A DNA stretch of 54,143 nt, taken from IMG/VR virus record IMGVR_UViG_3300006750_000012, positions 1 to 54,143 of that record; one strand, written 5' to 3'. Positions 35,553-44,818 of the stretch are shown piece after piece (the first letter of the stretch is position 1; every line of letters starts with the position of its first letter). This stretch comes from a virus (lineage: Duplodnaviria > Caudoviricetes). The notes beneath the pieces are model-generated. The model was not told where the DNA came from and ran no database searches. It saw nothing but the letters and a program-made list of their open reading frames with translations. Position numbers and translations under genes: made by a program.

Positions 35553-35963
35553 ATGATAAAGTATAATTGGGAAAAGGTAAAAAGGATCGGAGATTACGAA
35601 CCTACAAAGATATTACAATATTTTTGTTTTAAAGAAGGAATCTGGGTTTCCAACTACTTACCTAAAGATTATTCGAAAAAGATTTATTCAGCAGCAACTG
35701 AGCCATATCCTACTGGAAGTAGTTATATGTTGAATATTAGGCCTGTATTAATGAATAAAGAAAACTACTTTATTGATGATATATGGGACTATATAAAACT
35801 GGCAAGTATGCGTTCTTTATTTGAATATAAAATGCAGAATGTTATTACATTACCAGTAGTAATTGCAAAAGTAGCAAGAGTGGACTTAATTAATCCACTA
35901 ATACAGATAGATAATGGAAATATTCATTTTAAACATGAACAGAGAAAACAGAGGAGTAGCTAA
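35553..35963 (+). CDS. T5-like conserved hypothetical protein
   Basis: Synteny; YIKLASMR, NPLI.I. Confidence 0.7.
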   Translation: MIKYNWEKVKRIGDYEPTKILQYFCFKEGIWVSNYLPKDYSKKIYSAATEPYPTGSSYMLNIRPVLMNKENYFIDDIWDYIKLASMRSLFEYKMQNVITLPVVIAKVARVDLINPLIQIDNGNIHFKHEQRKQRSS

Positions 35964-36631
35964 TGGCTATTAAATTTAAAGACCTAAAGGGCAAGGCTAG
36001 TGGCAGCGGACTTCCCAGAATGAAGTTTGTTAACGGAATTAATACATTCCGTATCGTTTCTAGTGTTGTGCCGATGTATAAGTATTGGCTGAAAACTAAA
36101 GATGGTCAAACAATGCCAATGGAAAATTTAGCTTTTGATAGAGATGAAGAAGCTTTTACTGGAAAACAGAAAGATTGGGTTAAAGAGCTTGTAAAAGATG
36201 AGGACGGAGAACAGAAAAGAAGTTCTTGGGCGTACTCATGTTTTGTAATTGATCGCTCAGATAATACTGCTAAGATTCTTGATCTGAAGAAAAAGATGTT
36301 GGCCCAAATTATTCATGCGGCTAAGAAAATCGGAGATCCTTCAGATCGTGAAAATGGTTGGGATATTGTTGTTGATCGCCAGTCAACTGGTAATCAGGTA
36401 TACAACGTTGAATATACCCTTGAAACGTTCGATCTTGAGAACAAACCATTAAGTGAGAAGGACCTTGAACTTATTAAGGACCTTCCTGATATTGAAGAGT
36501 ATCTGCGTCGTCCAACACCGGAAGAACAGAAGAAGTTTATTGAGGAGCGTATCCTTGGTGAAGTTGATGATGAAACTGCTGATGAAGAAGCGGTTGAGGC
36601 GCTGGATAGCGACGATATTCCGTTTGATTAA
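35963..36631 (+). CDS. D11: Single-stranded DNA-binding protein (T5 D11-like)
   Basis: Acidic tail ending DDIPFD; synteny. Confidence 0.8.
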   Translation: MAIKFKDLKGKASGSGLPRMKFVNGINTFRIVSSVVPMYKYWLKTKDGQTMPMENLAFDRDEEAFTGKQKDWVKELVKDEDGEQKRSSWAYSCFVIDRSDNTAKILDLKKKMLAQIIHAAKKIGDPSDRENGWDIVVDRQSTGNQVYNVEYTLETFDLENKPLSEKDLELIKDLPDIEEYLRRPTPEEQKKFIEERILGEVDDETADEEAVEALDSDDIPFD

Positions 36632-36635
36632 TGAA

Positions 36636-36654
36636 AGGGGCTTCGGCCCCTCTT
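36636..36654 (+). terminator. cUUCGg hairpin, weak terminator or stabiliser
   Basis: AGGGGC-TTCG-GCCCCT. Confidence 0.55.
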
Positions 36655-36666
36655 ACGGAGAAATAT

Positions 36667-36858
36667 ATGCCTACGAGAGCGCAAATTAAACGTCAAAAAC
36701 GAAAAGAGCGTAGAGACGCTAAAAATGCTGCCCGCCGATCAGCTGAAAGAGCTGTGACAATTGAAGAAGAAGCCGAAGAAATTGAAGAGGCTGAAGAGAC
36801 TGAAAAAGTCGAAAAAGAAAAGCCCTTTCTTGAAACATGGACAAAACTAGTAGGATAA
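36667..36858 (+). CDS. Small basic/acidic protein
   Basis: GGAG RBS before ATG 36667. Confidence 0.55.
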   Translation: MPTRAQIKRQKRKERRDAKNAARRSAERAVTIEEEAEEIEEAEETEKVEKEKPFLETWTKLVG

Positions 36859-36871
36859 ACAGTAGTAAAGA

Positions 36872-37816
36872 ATGAACGTATTATTCACCGCAGATTTACA
36901 TATAAATCTTAGACAAAAAAATGTACCTAAGAAGTGGGCTATCGCTAGATATAGAGATATGTTTAGTGAGATGGACCGTGTATTTGATTCCAGTAAATGT
37001 GATCTAATAGTATTCGGTGGTGATATATTCGATAAGAGCCCTTCTCTAGAGGAGTTAGGGCTCTTCTTTTCTTACCTTTGGAAACATCCAGAGAGAGAAA
37101 CTATCATATATGATGGTAATCATGAAGCTACTAAAAAAGGAGATACCTTTTTAAAGCATTTATATAGTATGTGTCCTCCTGGTTCTCAAATTGTTTTGAA
37201 TAAAGTTTTTATACAAGGTATGTTTTTCTTACCATATTGTAAACTGAAAGACTGTGAGCGCCCTGCCGCAAAAATATGTCTAACTCACGTACGAGGAGAA
37301 ATACCTCCGCACGTAAAACCTGAAGTAGACCTAGATATGTTTAAAGATTGTGATATAGTGTTCGCGGGAGATTTACATGCGCACAACAACAGTCAAAGAA
37401 ACATAGTATATCCAGGATCTCCCGTAACTGTAACTTTTCACCGTAATCCAGTATCTACTGGAGTAATTGTATTTAATACTGATGCTCCTAAAGAATGGAA
37501 ATGGGAAGAAATAAATGTGCCACAATTAATAAGAAAAACAGTGACAGATCCTAGTGATATAATAGACAATCATTATGATCATACCATTTATGAATTAAAA
37601 GGGGATATACTCGATCTATCAAAAGTAGTTGATAGCGACCTGTTAGATAAGAAGATAGTAGAACACAATAGTGAAGCTACCCTTGACCTGCAGGAGCTAA
37701 GCATGGAAGAAGAGATAGCATTATATTGCTCAGAAATACTACAGCTACCTAATGAAAAAATAACCAATTTATTAAAGGTATATAATGATAACACTCAAGG
37801 AGCTAACTTGGAGTAA
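36872..37816 (+). CDS. D12: SbcD/Mre11-like nuclease (T5 D12-like)
   Basis: ADLH, GGDIFD, GNHE, GDLH, YPGSP. Confidence 0.92.
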   Translation: MNVLFTADLHINLRQKNVPKKWAIARYRDMFSEMDRVFDSSKCDLIVFGGDIFDKSPSLEELGLFFSYLWKHPERETIIYDGNHEATKKGDTFLKHLYSMCPPGSQIVLNKVFIQGMFFLPYCKLKDCERPAAKICLTHVRGEIPPHVKPEVDLDMFKDCDIVFAGDLHAHNNSQRNIVYPGSPVTVTFHRNPVSTGVIVFNTDAPKEWKWEEINVPQLIRKTVTDPSDIIDNHYDHTIYELKGDILDLSKVVDSDLLDKKIVEHNSEATLDLQELSMEEEIALYCSEILQLPNEKITNLLKVYNDNTQGANLE

Positions 37817-39596
37817 TGTACTTTCTTATCAAGATAAATGCCGCATCCAATTAGATAAAGACCCACTAACTCAGTTAGTAGGGGATAACGGTGCAGGTAA
37901 AACAACTATTCCTATTATTATCCAAGAGATAATGTATGGAAAAAATACCAAGAATATTAAGAAGCAAGATCTGGTTAATCGTCATTCTGGCGTAAAAGGT
38001 TATAAAATCATTTTAACCTTTCAAAAAGACAACGATACATATGATATTGATCTTGATAGAAAGACTACTATAAAGCTTCAACTTTATAAGAATGGCGAGA
38101 ATATTTCTAGTCATAAAAGCTTGGATACATACAAGCAAATAGCAGAGATTATCGGAATTTCTGACTTTAAAACCTTTGCACAATTAGTATACCAAAGTTC
38201 CACTGGAAGTTTGGAGTTCTTAACTGCAACCGACACAAACAGAAAAAGATTCTTAATTAGCTTATTACAACTAGAAAAATATATAGAATTACACGAACTA
38301 TTTAAGGTTAAACTACGTAAGAAGAGTAGCGAACTCAGTAATATTGAAGGAAAAATCGATGTTACTGAGGCTTGGATTATGAAAAATGAAAGATTAGATT
38401 TAACTGAAAAAGAGCTGCTTCCCGTCCCAGACAGTAGTAAACAGGAAAATATTTTAAAACAAATAGGTGAGTTAGAAAAACAAATAGAAAACGTTAAATC
38501 TTCCAACCAAAAAATTGTAAATAATAATCAATATATAGTAGATATTGAAGAACTAAGTTTTGATCCAGTAATAGCCCCTCCCCCAGATGTAACAGACCAA
38601 GAAATACGCATAGTCGAAGCAGATAGAACTAGAGCTGAAACTAGAATTAAAACGTGTAATGGTTCTTTAAAGAACCTAAATACAGAAGAACGCATCTGTC
38701 CCTCTTGTAAACAAACCATTCCAGCTAGTGATAGTAAGGATATGGAGCTGCATTTAAAAATGAAAATATCTGAGTTAGAGGATGTAGTAGAGGAAACTAT
38801 AGAAATACGCAATGAACTAGTAGATGCTAGACAAAAATATCTTATCTGGAAAAAAGACAAGGCTCAGTGGGAAAAACTATTACTACTTATAGATAAAGAA
38901 CTACCAAAGGAAACTTATAGTAAGTCCGCAATGGAAACTTCTGTAGGTCAACTTAAAGATAGTTATAATAGATTAGAAAGAGAAAGAAAAGAGTTTGTAG
39001 AACACAATAACGAAGTCTCAGCACATAATGCTAAAGTAATAGTTATTAAAGAACAGCTCGAAGAATACACTAAGAATCTAGAAAAGTATCTAGATCAAGG
39101 CGATGATATTAAAAACGAAGCTGATCTTATAGACGTTCTTAAAAAGATATTTAGTACTAACGGCCTAGTTAGTTATAAAATCGAGTCCTCAGTAAAAAGC
39201 TTAGAGCAAGCTATAAATGAGTATCTAGCAGAGTTTAGCTACTTTCAAATCTTCTTTAAACTTGAAAAAGATAAATTAAATATTCAGGTAATTGATGAAG
39301 CAGGTGAAGAAACAACAGTTGAAGGTTTATCTGCAGGTGAATTAGGCAGAGTTAATATTGCAACGGTTTTAGCAATCAGAAAAATTATGAGTTCCTTAAC
39401 TTCTACAGAAGTCAATTTTCTATTCTTAGACGAGATAGTAGGAGTTCTAGATTCTAATGGAAAAGAGAAATTAGTAGAAATACTATTACGTGAGAACTTG
39501 AATACATTTATAGTAGCTCACGAATTCGACCACCCATTAGTTCCGAAGTTACATATAGTTAAGGAAAACAATAGATCTAGGATTGAAGATGGTTGA
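37785..39596 (+). CDS. D13: SbcC/Rad50-like ATPase (T5 D13-like)
   Basis: GDNGAGKT, CPSC zinc hook, LSAGE, LFLDE. Confidence 0.93.
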   Translation: MITLKELTWSNVLSYQDKCRIQLDKDPLTQLVGDNGAGKTTIPIIIQEIMYGKNTKNIKKQDLVNRHSGVKGYKIILTFQKDNDTYDIDLDRKTTIKLQLYKNGENISSHKSLDTYKQIAEIIGISDFKTFAQLVYQSSTGSLEFLTATDTNRKRFLISLLQLEKYIELHELFKVKLRKKSSELSNIEGKIDVTEAWIMKNERLDLTEKELLPVPDSSKQENILKQIGELEKQIENVKSSNQKIVNNNQYIVDIEELSFDPVIAPPPDVTDQEIRIVEADRTRAETRIKTCNGSLKNLNTEERICPSCKQTIPASDSKDMELHLKMKISELEDVVEETIEIRNELVDARQKYLIWKKDKAQWEKLLLLIDKELPKETYSKSAMETSVGQLKDSYNRLERERKEFVEHNNEVSAHNAKVIVIKEQLEEYTKNLEKYLDQGDDIKNEADLIDVLKKIFSTNGLVSYKIESSVKSLEQAINEYLAEFSYFQIFFKLEKDKLNIQVIDEAGEETTVEGLSAGELGRVNIATVLAIRKIMSSLTSTEVNFLFLDEIVGVLDSNGKEKLVEILLRENLNTFIVAHEFDHPLVPKLHIVKENNRSRIEDG

Positions 39597-40098
39597 TAGT
39601 AGACGCAAAGGTGCCACGGCGGAAAGAAAGGCACGAGATGAATTAAGAAAATATACAGGATTAAAGTGGGAACGCACACCTGGTTCAGGAGCACTTGGTC
39701 CTCAACACAAATTAAAAGGCGATCTTTATGTCCCAGATGCACCTAATTTTTGGTGTGTTGAAGTAAAACATTACAAAGATGATCAATTAACCTCTAAAAT
39801 ACTTACGAGTAAATCTCCTATATTTTTAGACTGGTGGAGACAAGCTGTTAGACAGGCTAATCAAGTTGATAAAGAACCTTTACTTATTTTCAAGTTTGAT
39901 AGAAGTAAATGGTTTATAGCTTGGGAAGGCGCTAGTTTTTGTAATCATCCTCATTATGATGGATACGCTGCCTGGGACGATAAAATAAAAAAGAATATAG
40001 ACGTTTATATAGAAGGAATAGATATAGGCATCACCACATTAGATGAATTCTGCACAAAGGTAAACAACGGAATATGGCTAAACCAATCTACGAATTAG
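39583..40098 (+). CDS. D14: PD-(D/E)xK nuclease, Holliday-junction resolvase-like (T5 D14)
   Basis: SRRKGA.AE, R.PGSGA, KGD, VEVK. Confidence 0.85.
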   Translation: MKMVDSRRKGATAERKARDELRKYTGLKWERTPGSGALGPQHKLKGDLYVPDAPNFWCVEVKHYKDDQLTSKILTSKSPIFLDWWRQAVRQANQVDKEPLLIFKFDRSKWFIAWEGASFCNHPHYDGYAAWDDKIKKNIDVYIEGIDIGITTLDEFCTKVNNGIWLNQSTN

Positions 40099-40922
40099 AA
40101 GAATATCAAGAGCCGAAAGATAAAAACATAATGATAGTAGACTCCTTAAACTTAGCATTTAGATGGAAGCACACAAAAGCTAAAGAGTTTGCAACAGGTT
40201 ATTTAAACACAATACAATCATTAGCTAAATCATATGATGCAACTAAAGTAATTATTACTTGTGACTATGGCTCAAGCTCTTGGAGAAGAGAATTATACCC
40301 CGAGTATAAAGGGGATAGAAAAGTAAAGATAGAAAATCAAACAGAAGAAGAAAAACAGGACTTCCTTGGCTTCATCGAAGAGTACGAACGTACGATGAAA
40401 TTACTAAGCGATTACTATCCTATTATGCGCTACAGAGGTGTAGAAGCGGATGATATCGCCGCATACTTAACTACACGTAAACTGAAGGATGTAAATAGGC
40501 ATATATGGTTGATTAGTTCTGATAAGGATTGGGATAATCTTATTACTCCAAACGTGTCCCGTTTTTCTTTTGTAACACGAAAAGAATATACATTTGATAA
40601 TTTTGAAGAGCATCACGGATACCCACTAGAACATGCTGTAGATATTAAAGCTCTACAAGGTGGAAAAGATAATGTTAAAGGAATACCGGGCGTAGGTCCA
40701 GTACGTGCTAAACAACTGGTTGAAACGTACGGATCAGCATTTGATGTATTTGATGCAATCCCTATATCAGGAAAAGCTAAGTATATACAAAATACAAATG
40801 AATTTGGTGAAGGCATTTTATTAAACCTACAACTTGTAGATAAAGAAACTTACTGTGTAGAAGCTATCGGATTAAAGAATACAATGGACATAGATAGAAT
40901 AGTAGAGGAATATGAACTGTGA
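40074..40922 (+). CDS. D15: Flap endonuclease / 5'-3' exonuclease (T5 D15-like)
   Basis: VDSLNLAFR, YPEYKGDR, EADD, SSDKD, GIPGVG. Confidence 0.93.
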   Translation: MAKPIYELEEYQEPKDKNIMIVDSLNLAFRWKHTKAKEFATGYLNTIQSLAKSYDATKVIITCDYGSSSWRRELYPEYKGDRKVKIENQTEEEKQDFLGFIEEYERTMKLLSDYYPIMRYRGVEADDIAAYLTTRKLKDVNRHIWLISSDKDWDNLITPNVSRFSFVTRKEYTFDNFEEHHGYPLEHAVDIKALQGGKDNVKGIPGVGPVRAKQLVETYGSAFDVFDAIPISGKAKYIQNTNEFGEGILLNLQLVDKETYCVEAIGLKNTMDIDRIVEEYEL

Positions 40923-41344
40923 TATTAATACACATAATGGACGACGTTTGCTACCCAGAAAGAGCACATTTTACAGATGCAGGACTTGATCTTAAAACTA
41001 GTGAAACGGTTACCTTACAACCTGGCGACGTAGAAAAGGTAGGAACAGCAATAAAAGTTGAGATTCCACCTGGTCACGTTGGATTAATTTTTCCACGCTC
41101 AGGCTTAGCATCTAAGAAAGGTATTGTTCTTAGAAATACGGTTGGAGTTATTGATTCTGATTATCGCGGAGAAATCATCTGCGGATTACACAATCAAGGA
41201 AGTTTTGAATATACTGTAGAATATGGAGAAAGAATTGCACAAATGGTAGTAGTACCATGCTTAATTGGAGACTTCTTAGAAGTAGAACATAATCAACTAA
41301 GTAATACCGAACGCGGAGAAGGTGGATTCGGGCACACGGGGTAA
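40919..41344 (+). CDS. dut: Trimeric dUTPase
   Basis: AGLDL, PRSGL, GVIDSDYRGEI, RIAQ, RGEGGFGHTG. Confidence 0.96.
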   Translation: MILIHIMDDVCYPERAHFTDAGLDLKTSETVTLQPGDVEKVGTAIKVEIPPGHVGLIFPRSGLASKKGIVLRNTVGVIDSDYRGEIICGLHNQGSFEYTVEYGERIAQMVVVPCLIGDFLEVEHNQLSNTERGEGGFGHTG

Positions 41345-41348
41345 ATAA

Positions 41349-43358
41349 ATGACGCAGAGCGTACGATCAGAGATCGTTACTAGAAGAACATATTCAAGAC
41401 CGAAAGAAGATGGTACTTTTGAGACTTGGGAAGATATTGTAAATAGAGTTATAGACCATCAACGCTGGTTATGGGAGCGTGCAAAAACTCATAAACTACA
41501 TAGAAATATACCACTACACGATTTGTCAGAGGACATGATAGAATGGAAGAAATTAAGTGAAGAAGAAGAATACGAACTCTGGGAACTATGGGAAGCTATC
41601 TACCAAAGAACGCTCTTACCTGCGGGACGTACTCTCTGGCTTGGTGGAACTGAAGTTTCAAGGAGAAGGGAGTCTAGTATGTTCAACTGTAGCCATACAA
41701 ATGTTGAGACCGTCTATGACCTTGTGGACATTTTGTGGTTACTGTTGCAGGGATGTGGAGTTGGTTTTACTCCTATTGTTGGAACTCTTACAGGATTTCG
41801 AAAGCCAATTCCAAATATTGAGATTATTAAATCTAATAGAACAGGAAAAGGTGGACGTGAAACTAACGATGAGTCTTTCGTCAACGGAATATGGACAATA
41901 TCTCTGGGAGATTCGGCCGAAGCATGGGCTAAATCAATTGGAAAACTCGTTGCTGGAAAGTTCCCTGCTCACACCCTCCGTTTTGACTTCAGAGAAATAC
42001 GACCAGCTGGAGAAAGACTTAAAGGATATGGTTGGATCTCTTCTGGGGACGAAGCCATCTCCGTCGCTTTTCCAGCGATTGCAAAGATCCTAAATAAGCG
42101 AGCCGGTAATCTTCTAAGAAAAATTGATATCTTAGATATAGTTAACTGGCTTGGAACAATACTATCAAGTAGAAGGAGTGCAGAAATTGCATTATGCGAA
42201 TACGGAAGCCCAGAATGGAAAGACTTCGCCTACGCCAAACAAGATTGTTGGGCAAATGGAAATGGACATCGTCAACAGTCAAATAATTCACTTGTATTTT
42301 TCCAGCGCCCATCTAAAGAACAGCTTTCTGAAGTATTTGCTATCATGGCCGACGCCGGTGGTTCCGAACCTGGGATCATTAACGGACAGGCAGCTCTGCA
42401 TAGAGCACCGTGGTTCAAAGGAGTTAATCCCTGTGCTGAAATCTTACTTGGAAACAAATCATTCTGTAATCTCGTGGAAGTCGATATTGCCAAATTTAAA
42501 GGAGATGCAGCTGGTCTTCATAGAGCCATTACTCTTACCGCCAGGTGCAATTACAGACAAACGGTTGTTGATTTCCGTGATGGAGTACTTCAAGAATCAT
42601 GGCACCTTAACAACGAGTTCCTACGCCTCTGTGGAGTGGGAGTTACTGGGATCGCCCAAAGAGACGACATAGACGAGTATGAGTGGAAAAACTTAAAGTA
42701 TTCTGCAGTACATGCAGCTAGGCAAATGGCACAAGAACTAGACCTAGAACACCCTAAGAATGTAACTACGGTGAAACCAAGTGGTACTGTTAGTAAAATT
42801 ATGGATACTACTGAAGGGGTGCACAAGCCTCTTGGTAAGTACATATTTAATTGGATCAACTTTAGTAAAGAAGATCCTATGCTTACTAAGTTGATGGAAG
42901 CTAACTTTAAGATAATTGAAAACCCTAATGATCCTACAGGTAAGATAGTTTGTATACCGATTAAATATGATCACATTGAATTTGACATTGTAGATGGAGT
43001 AGAAGTAAACTTAGACTCTGCAACTAAACAATTAGATAGATACAAACAAATTCAACTTAACTATTGTGATCAAAATGTGAGCAATACTGTTAGTTATGAT
43101 CTGAATGAAGTTCCAAATATTATTAATTGGTTATATGATAATTGGGATTGCTATGTAGGAGTTAGTTTTATTTATAGAAACGATCCTACTAAGACTGCTG
43201 AAGATCTAGGATATCTTTACCTACCACAAGAAGTAGTAGATGAAAAAACTTATAATACATACGAAAAAAGCCTCGTACCAATTAACTGGAACGAGACCGG
43301 TTCAACGATCGAATTAATCGAGGATGAGTGCGCGACAGGTGCGTGCCCAATAAAGTAA
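41349..43358 (+). CDS. nrdJ: Class II (B12-dependent) ribonucleotide reductase
   Basis: RRTYSR, FNC, GVGF, NPCAEI, CNL.E, TTVKPSGT, C-terminal ECATGACPIK; no nrdB in window. Confidence 0.9.
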   Translation: MTQSVRSEIVTRRTYSRPKEDGTFETWEDIVNRVIDHQRWLWERAKTHKLHRNIPLHDLSEDMIEWKKLSEEEEYELWELWEAIYQRTLLPAGRTLWLGGTEVSRRRESSMFNCSHTNVETVYDLVDILWLLLQGCGVGFTPIVGTLTGFRKPIPNIEIIKSNRTGKGGRETNDESFVNGIWTISLGDSAEAWAKSIGKLVAGKFPAHTLRFDFREIRPAGERLKGYGWISSGDEAISVAFPAIAKILNKRAGNLLRKIDILDIVNWLGTILSSRRSAEIALCEYGSPEWKDFAYAKQDCWANGNGHRQQSNNSLVFFQRPSKEQLSEVFAIMADAGGSEPGIINGQAALHRAPWFKGVNPCAEILLGNKSFCNLVEVDIAKFKGDAAGLHRAITLTARCNYRQTVVDFRDGVLQESWHLNNEFLRLCGVGVTGIAQRDDIDEYEWKNLKYSAVHAARQMAQELDLEHPKNVTTVKPSGTVSKIMDTTEGVHKPLGKYIFNWINFSKEDPMLTKLMEANFKIIENPNDPTGKIVCIPIKYDHIEFDIVDGVEVNLDSATKQLDRYKQIQLNYCDQNVSNTVSYDLNEVPNIINWLYDNWDCYVGVSFIYRNDPTKTAEDLGYLYLPQEVVDEKTYNTYEKSLVPINWNETGSTIELIEDECATGACPIK

Positions 43359-43393
43359 TATGCCTATTATCAGAAATTCGCAAAAAGGCGGAT

Positions 43394-43425
43394 AAAAAGA
43401 AGGCCCCCGAAAAGGGGCCTTTTTT
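43394..43425. terminator. Bidirectional terminator at the early/late convergence
   Basis: AAGGCCCC/GGGGCCTT hairpin flanked by A- and T-tracts. Confidence 0.85.
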
Positions 43426-43732
43426 ATTGCGCGTTATGTCTCTCAATACATCCTCTATAGTAAGCAATGTACGCTTTTTGCGATCTAATATACTCTATAG
43501 TGGATCTAGTATTAATGGACAAATTCGTATAATTTTCTCCGTCCAATCCTAGTACTTCGTTTCCTTCTCTATCTACTGCACTTACCCATATTACAGGTAA
43601 GAAATTAGTATCAAAAGGTGTAGGCCAGTCACCCTGACATACAATCTGTTGATTTCGATATATAACTTCTGTAGTAGGTGTTGCAGCACACCCTATCAGA
43701 AATAATGGAAGTAATAAAATTAATTTATTCAT
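43424..43732 (-). CDS. Outer-membrane spanin (lipoprotein)
   Basis: Lipobox LIGC; follows the i-spanin. Confidence 0.7.
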   Translation of the reverse strand: MNKLILLLPLFLIGCAATPTTEVIYRNQQIVCQGDWPTPFDTNFLPVIWVSAVDREGNEVLGLDGENYTNLSINTRSTIEYIRSQKAYIAYYRGCIERHNAQ

Positions 43733-44123
43733 TTGTCAAATTTTGCATCTCCTGATAAACTTGTGCTGTGCCTTTATTAACTCTTGTAATAATTAATCCT
43801 GGCTTCGCTTGTAATAAACGATTTAAATCATGATCAATTAATAATTGCTTTTTAAGTTTATCAATTTCTTGTTGTGAAGAGTTTAATTTAACTTGTAACT
43901 CTTTATTTTCTACTTGTTCTTCTTTTATTTGCGTTTCATAGCTTTCAATAGCTATTTCATTTTGCTCAGCAATAACGTCGCTTTGCCCATCATTATAAGC
44001 ACTAGTAAGTTGGTTATCATACCAATTCACTATATATGCGGCACTAGTAGCAATTGCTGCCACTATTAATGTAGCAGCTATTCCTTTTGTCCAAGCACTA
44101 CTTAGGAAACTCAATACCGCCAT
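43725..44123 (-). CDS. Inner-membrane spanin
   Basis: N-terminal TM plus coiled coil; start M at 44123. Confidence 0.7.
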   Translation of the reverse strand: MAVLSFLSSAWTKGIAATLIVAAIATSAAYIVNWYDNQLTSAYNDGQSDVIAEQNEIAIESYETQIKEEQVENKELQVKLNSSQQEIDKLKKQLLIDHDLNRLLQAKPGLIITRVNKGTAQVYQEMQNLTNE

Positions 44124-44343
44124 TACTTGCTTTCGCCTCCCATTCTTTGGCATTACCCCAAGCAAAAAAGCCCATTACAGCTCCAATACCAGTTGCAAGT
44201 CCTCCAAACATAATTCCAAGGGACGTAGGATCGGCGCCAGTTGCAAGTCCTTCTAATCCCAAAAATGTACATACGCCTAAGTATAACATTGAACTAATTA
44301 ATCCAAATGTATACTTACGACTTCCAGAAACTACGCCAGCCAC
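44098..44343 (-). CDS. Putative holin (2 TM)
   Basis: 81 aa, two TMs, between endolysin and spanins. Confidence 0.55.
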   Translation of the reverse strand: MAGVVSGSRKYTFGLISSMLYLGVCTFLGLEGLATGADPTSLGIMFGGLATGIGAVMGFFAWGNAKEWEAKASNGGIEFPK

Positions 44344-44818
44344 GTTTTATCTCCTTAATTTCTATATGTCCTAAATCATGAAAAGTTTGATCTAATAAGT
44401 CAAAATCTCCGTCCCAATCAATTCCTACTCGTAGCTCTATATTATTCTCAAAAGCTATACCTTCAAGAATTCCTATTAACCTAGCATACGCTTTACAAAT
44501 AAATGCTTTAGATTCAATTAGACTACAATTACGTTTTTTAGCAGTATCTCTGATTTGATTAGGGTGTCCAGTTAATACTCCATATGGCCTTATATAAGGA
44601 GCCACATCTACGGCTTGGCTAGGTTCTTTATTATGTTTGCTACTCGGCCATTTAAGCCTAGATAATCCACTATTAAATTTATTATCTTGCTCTTGTTTAT
44701 CTCTATGCCCTGCTATAATAGAAAAATCTGTATATTTAATAGCTATTTTACAAAGCCGCTGTAAATTTCTATTACAACTAGCAAGTCTTGTTTTTGATTT
44801 TGTGTTAAATTTATACAT
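44315..44818 (-). CDS. Endolysin, M15 L-Ala-D-Glu peptidase
   Basis: GHR..EQ, SKHN...AVD, DLGHIE. Confidence 0.88.
   Translation of the reverse strand: MYKFNTKSKTRLASCNRNLQRLCKIAIKYTDFSIIAGHRDKQEQDNKFNSGLSRLKWPSSKHNKEPSQAVDVAPYIRPYGVLTGHPNQIRDTAKKRNCSLIESKAFICKAYARLIGILEGIAFENNIELRVGIDWDGDFDLLDQTFHDLGHIEIKEIKRGWRSFWKS

Noticed and set aside
31153-43358. Inteins, introns or homing endonucleases in pol, helicases or RNR
   Set aside because: ORFs are continuous and of ordinary length, with no splicing or HNH/LAGLIDADG motifs seen
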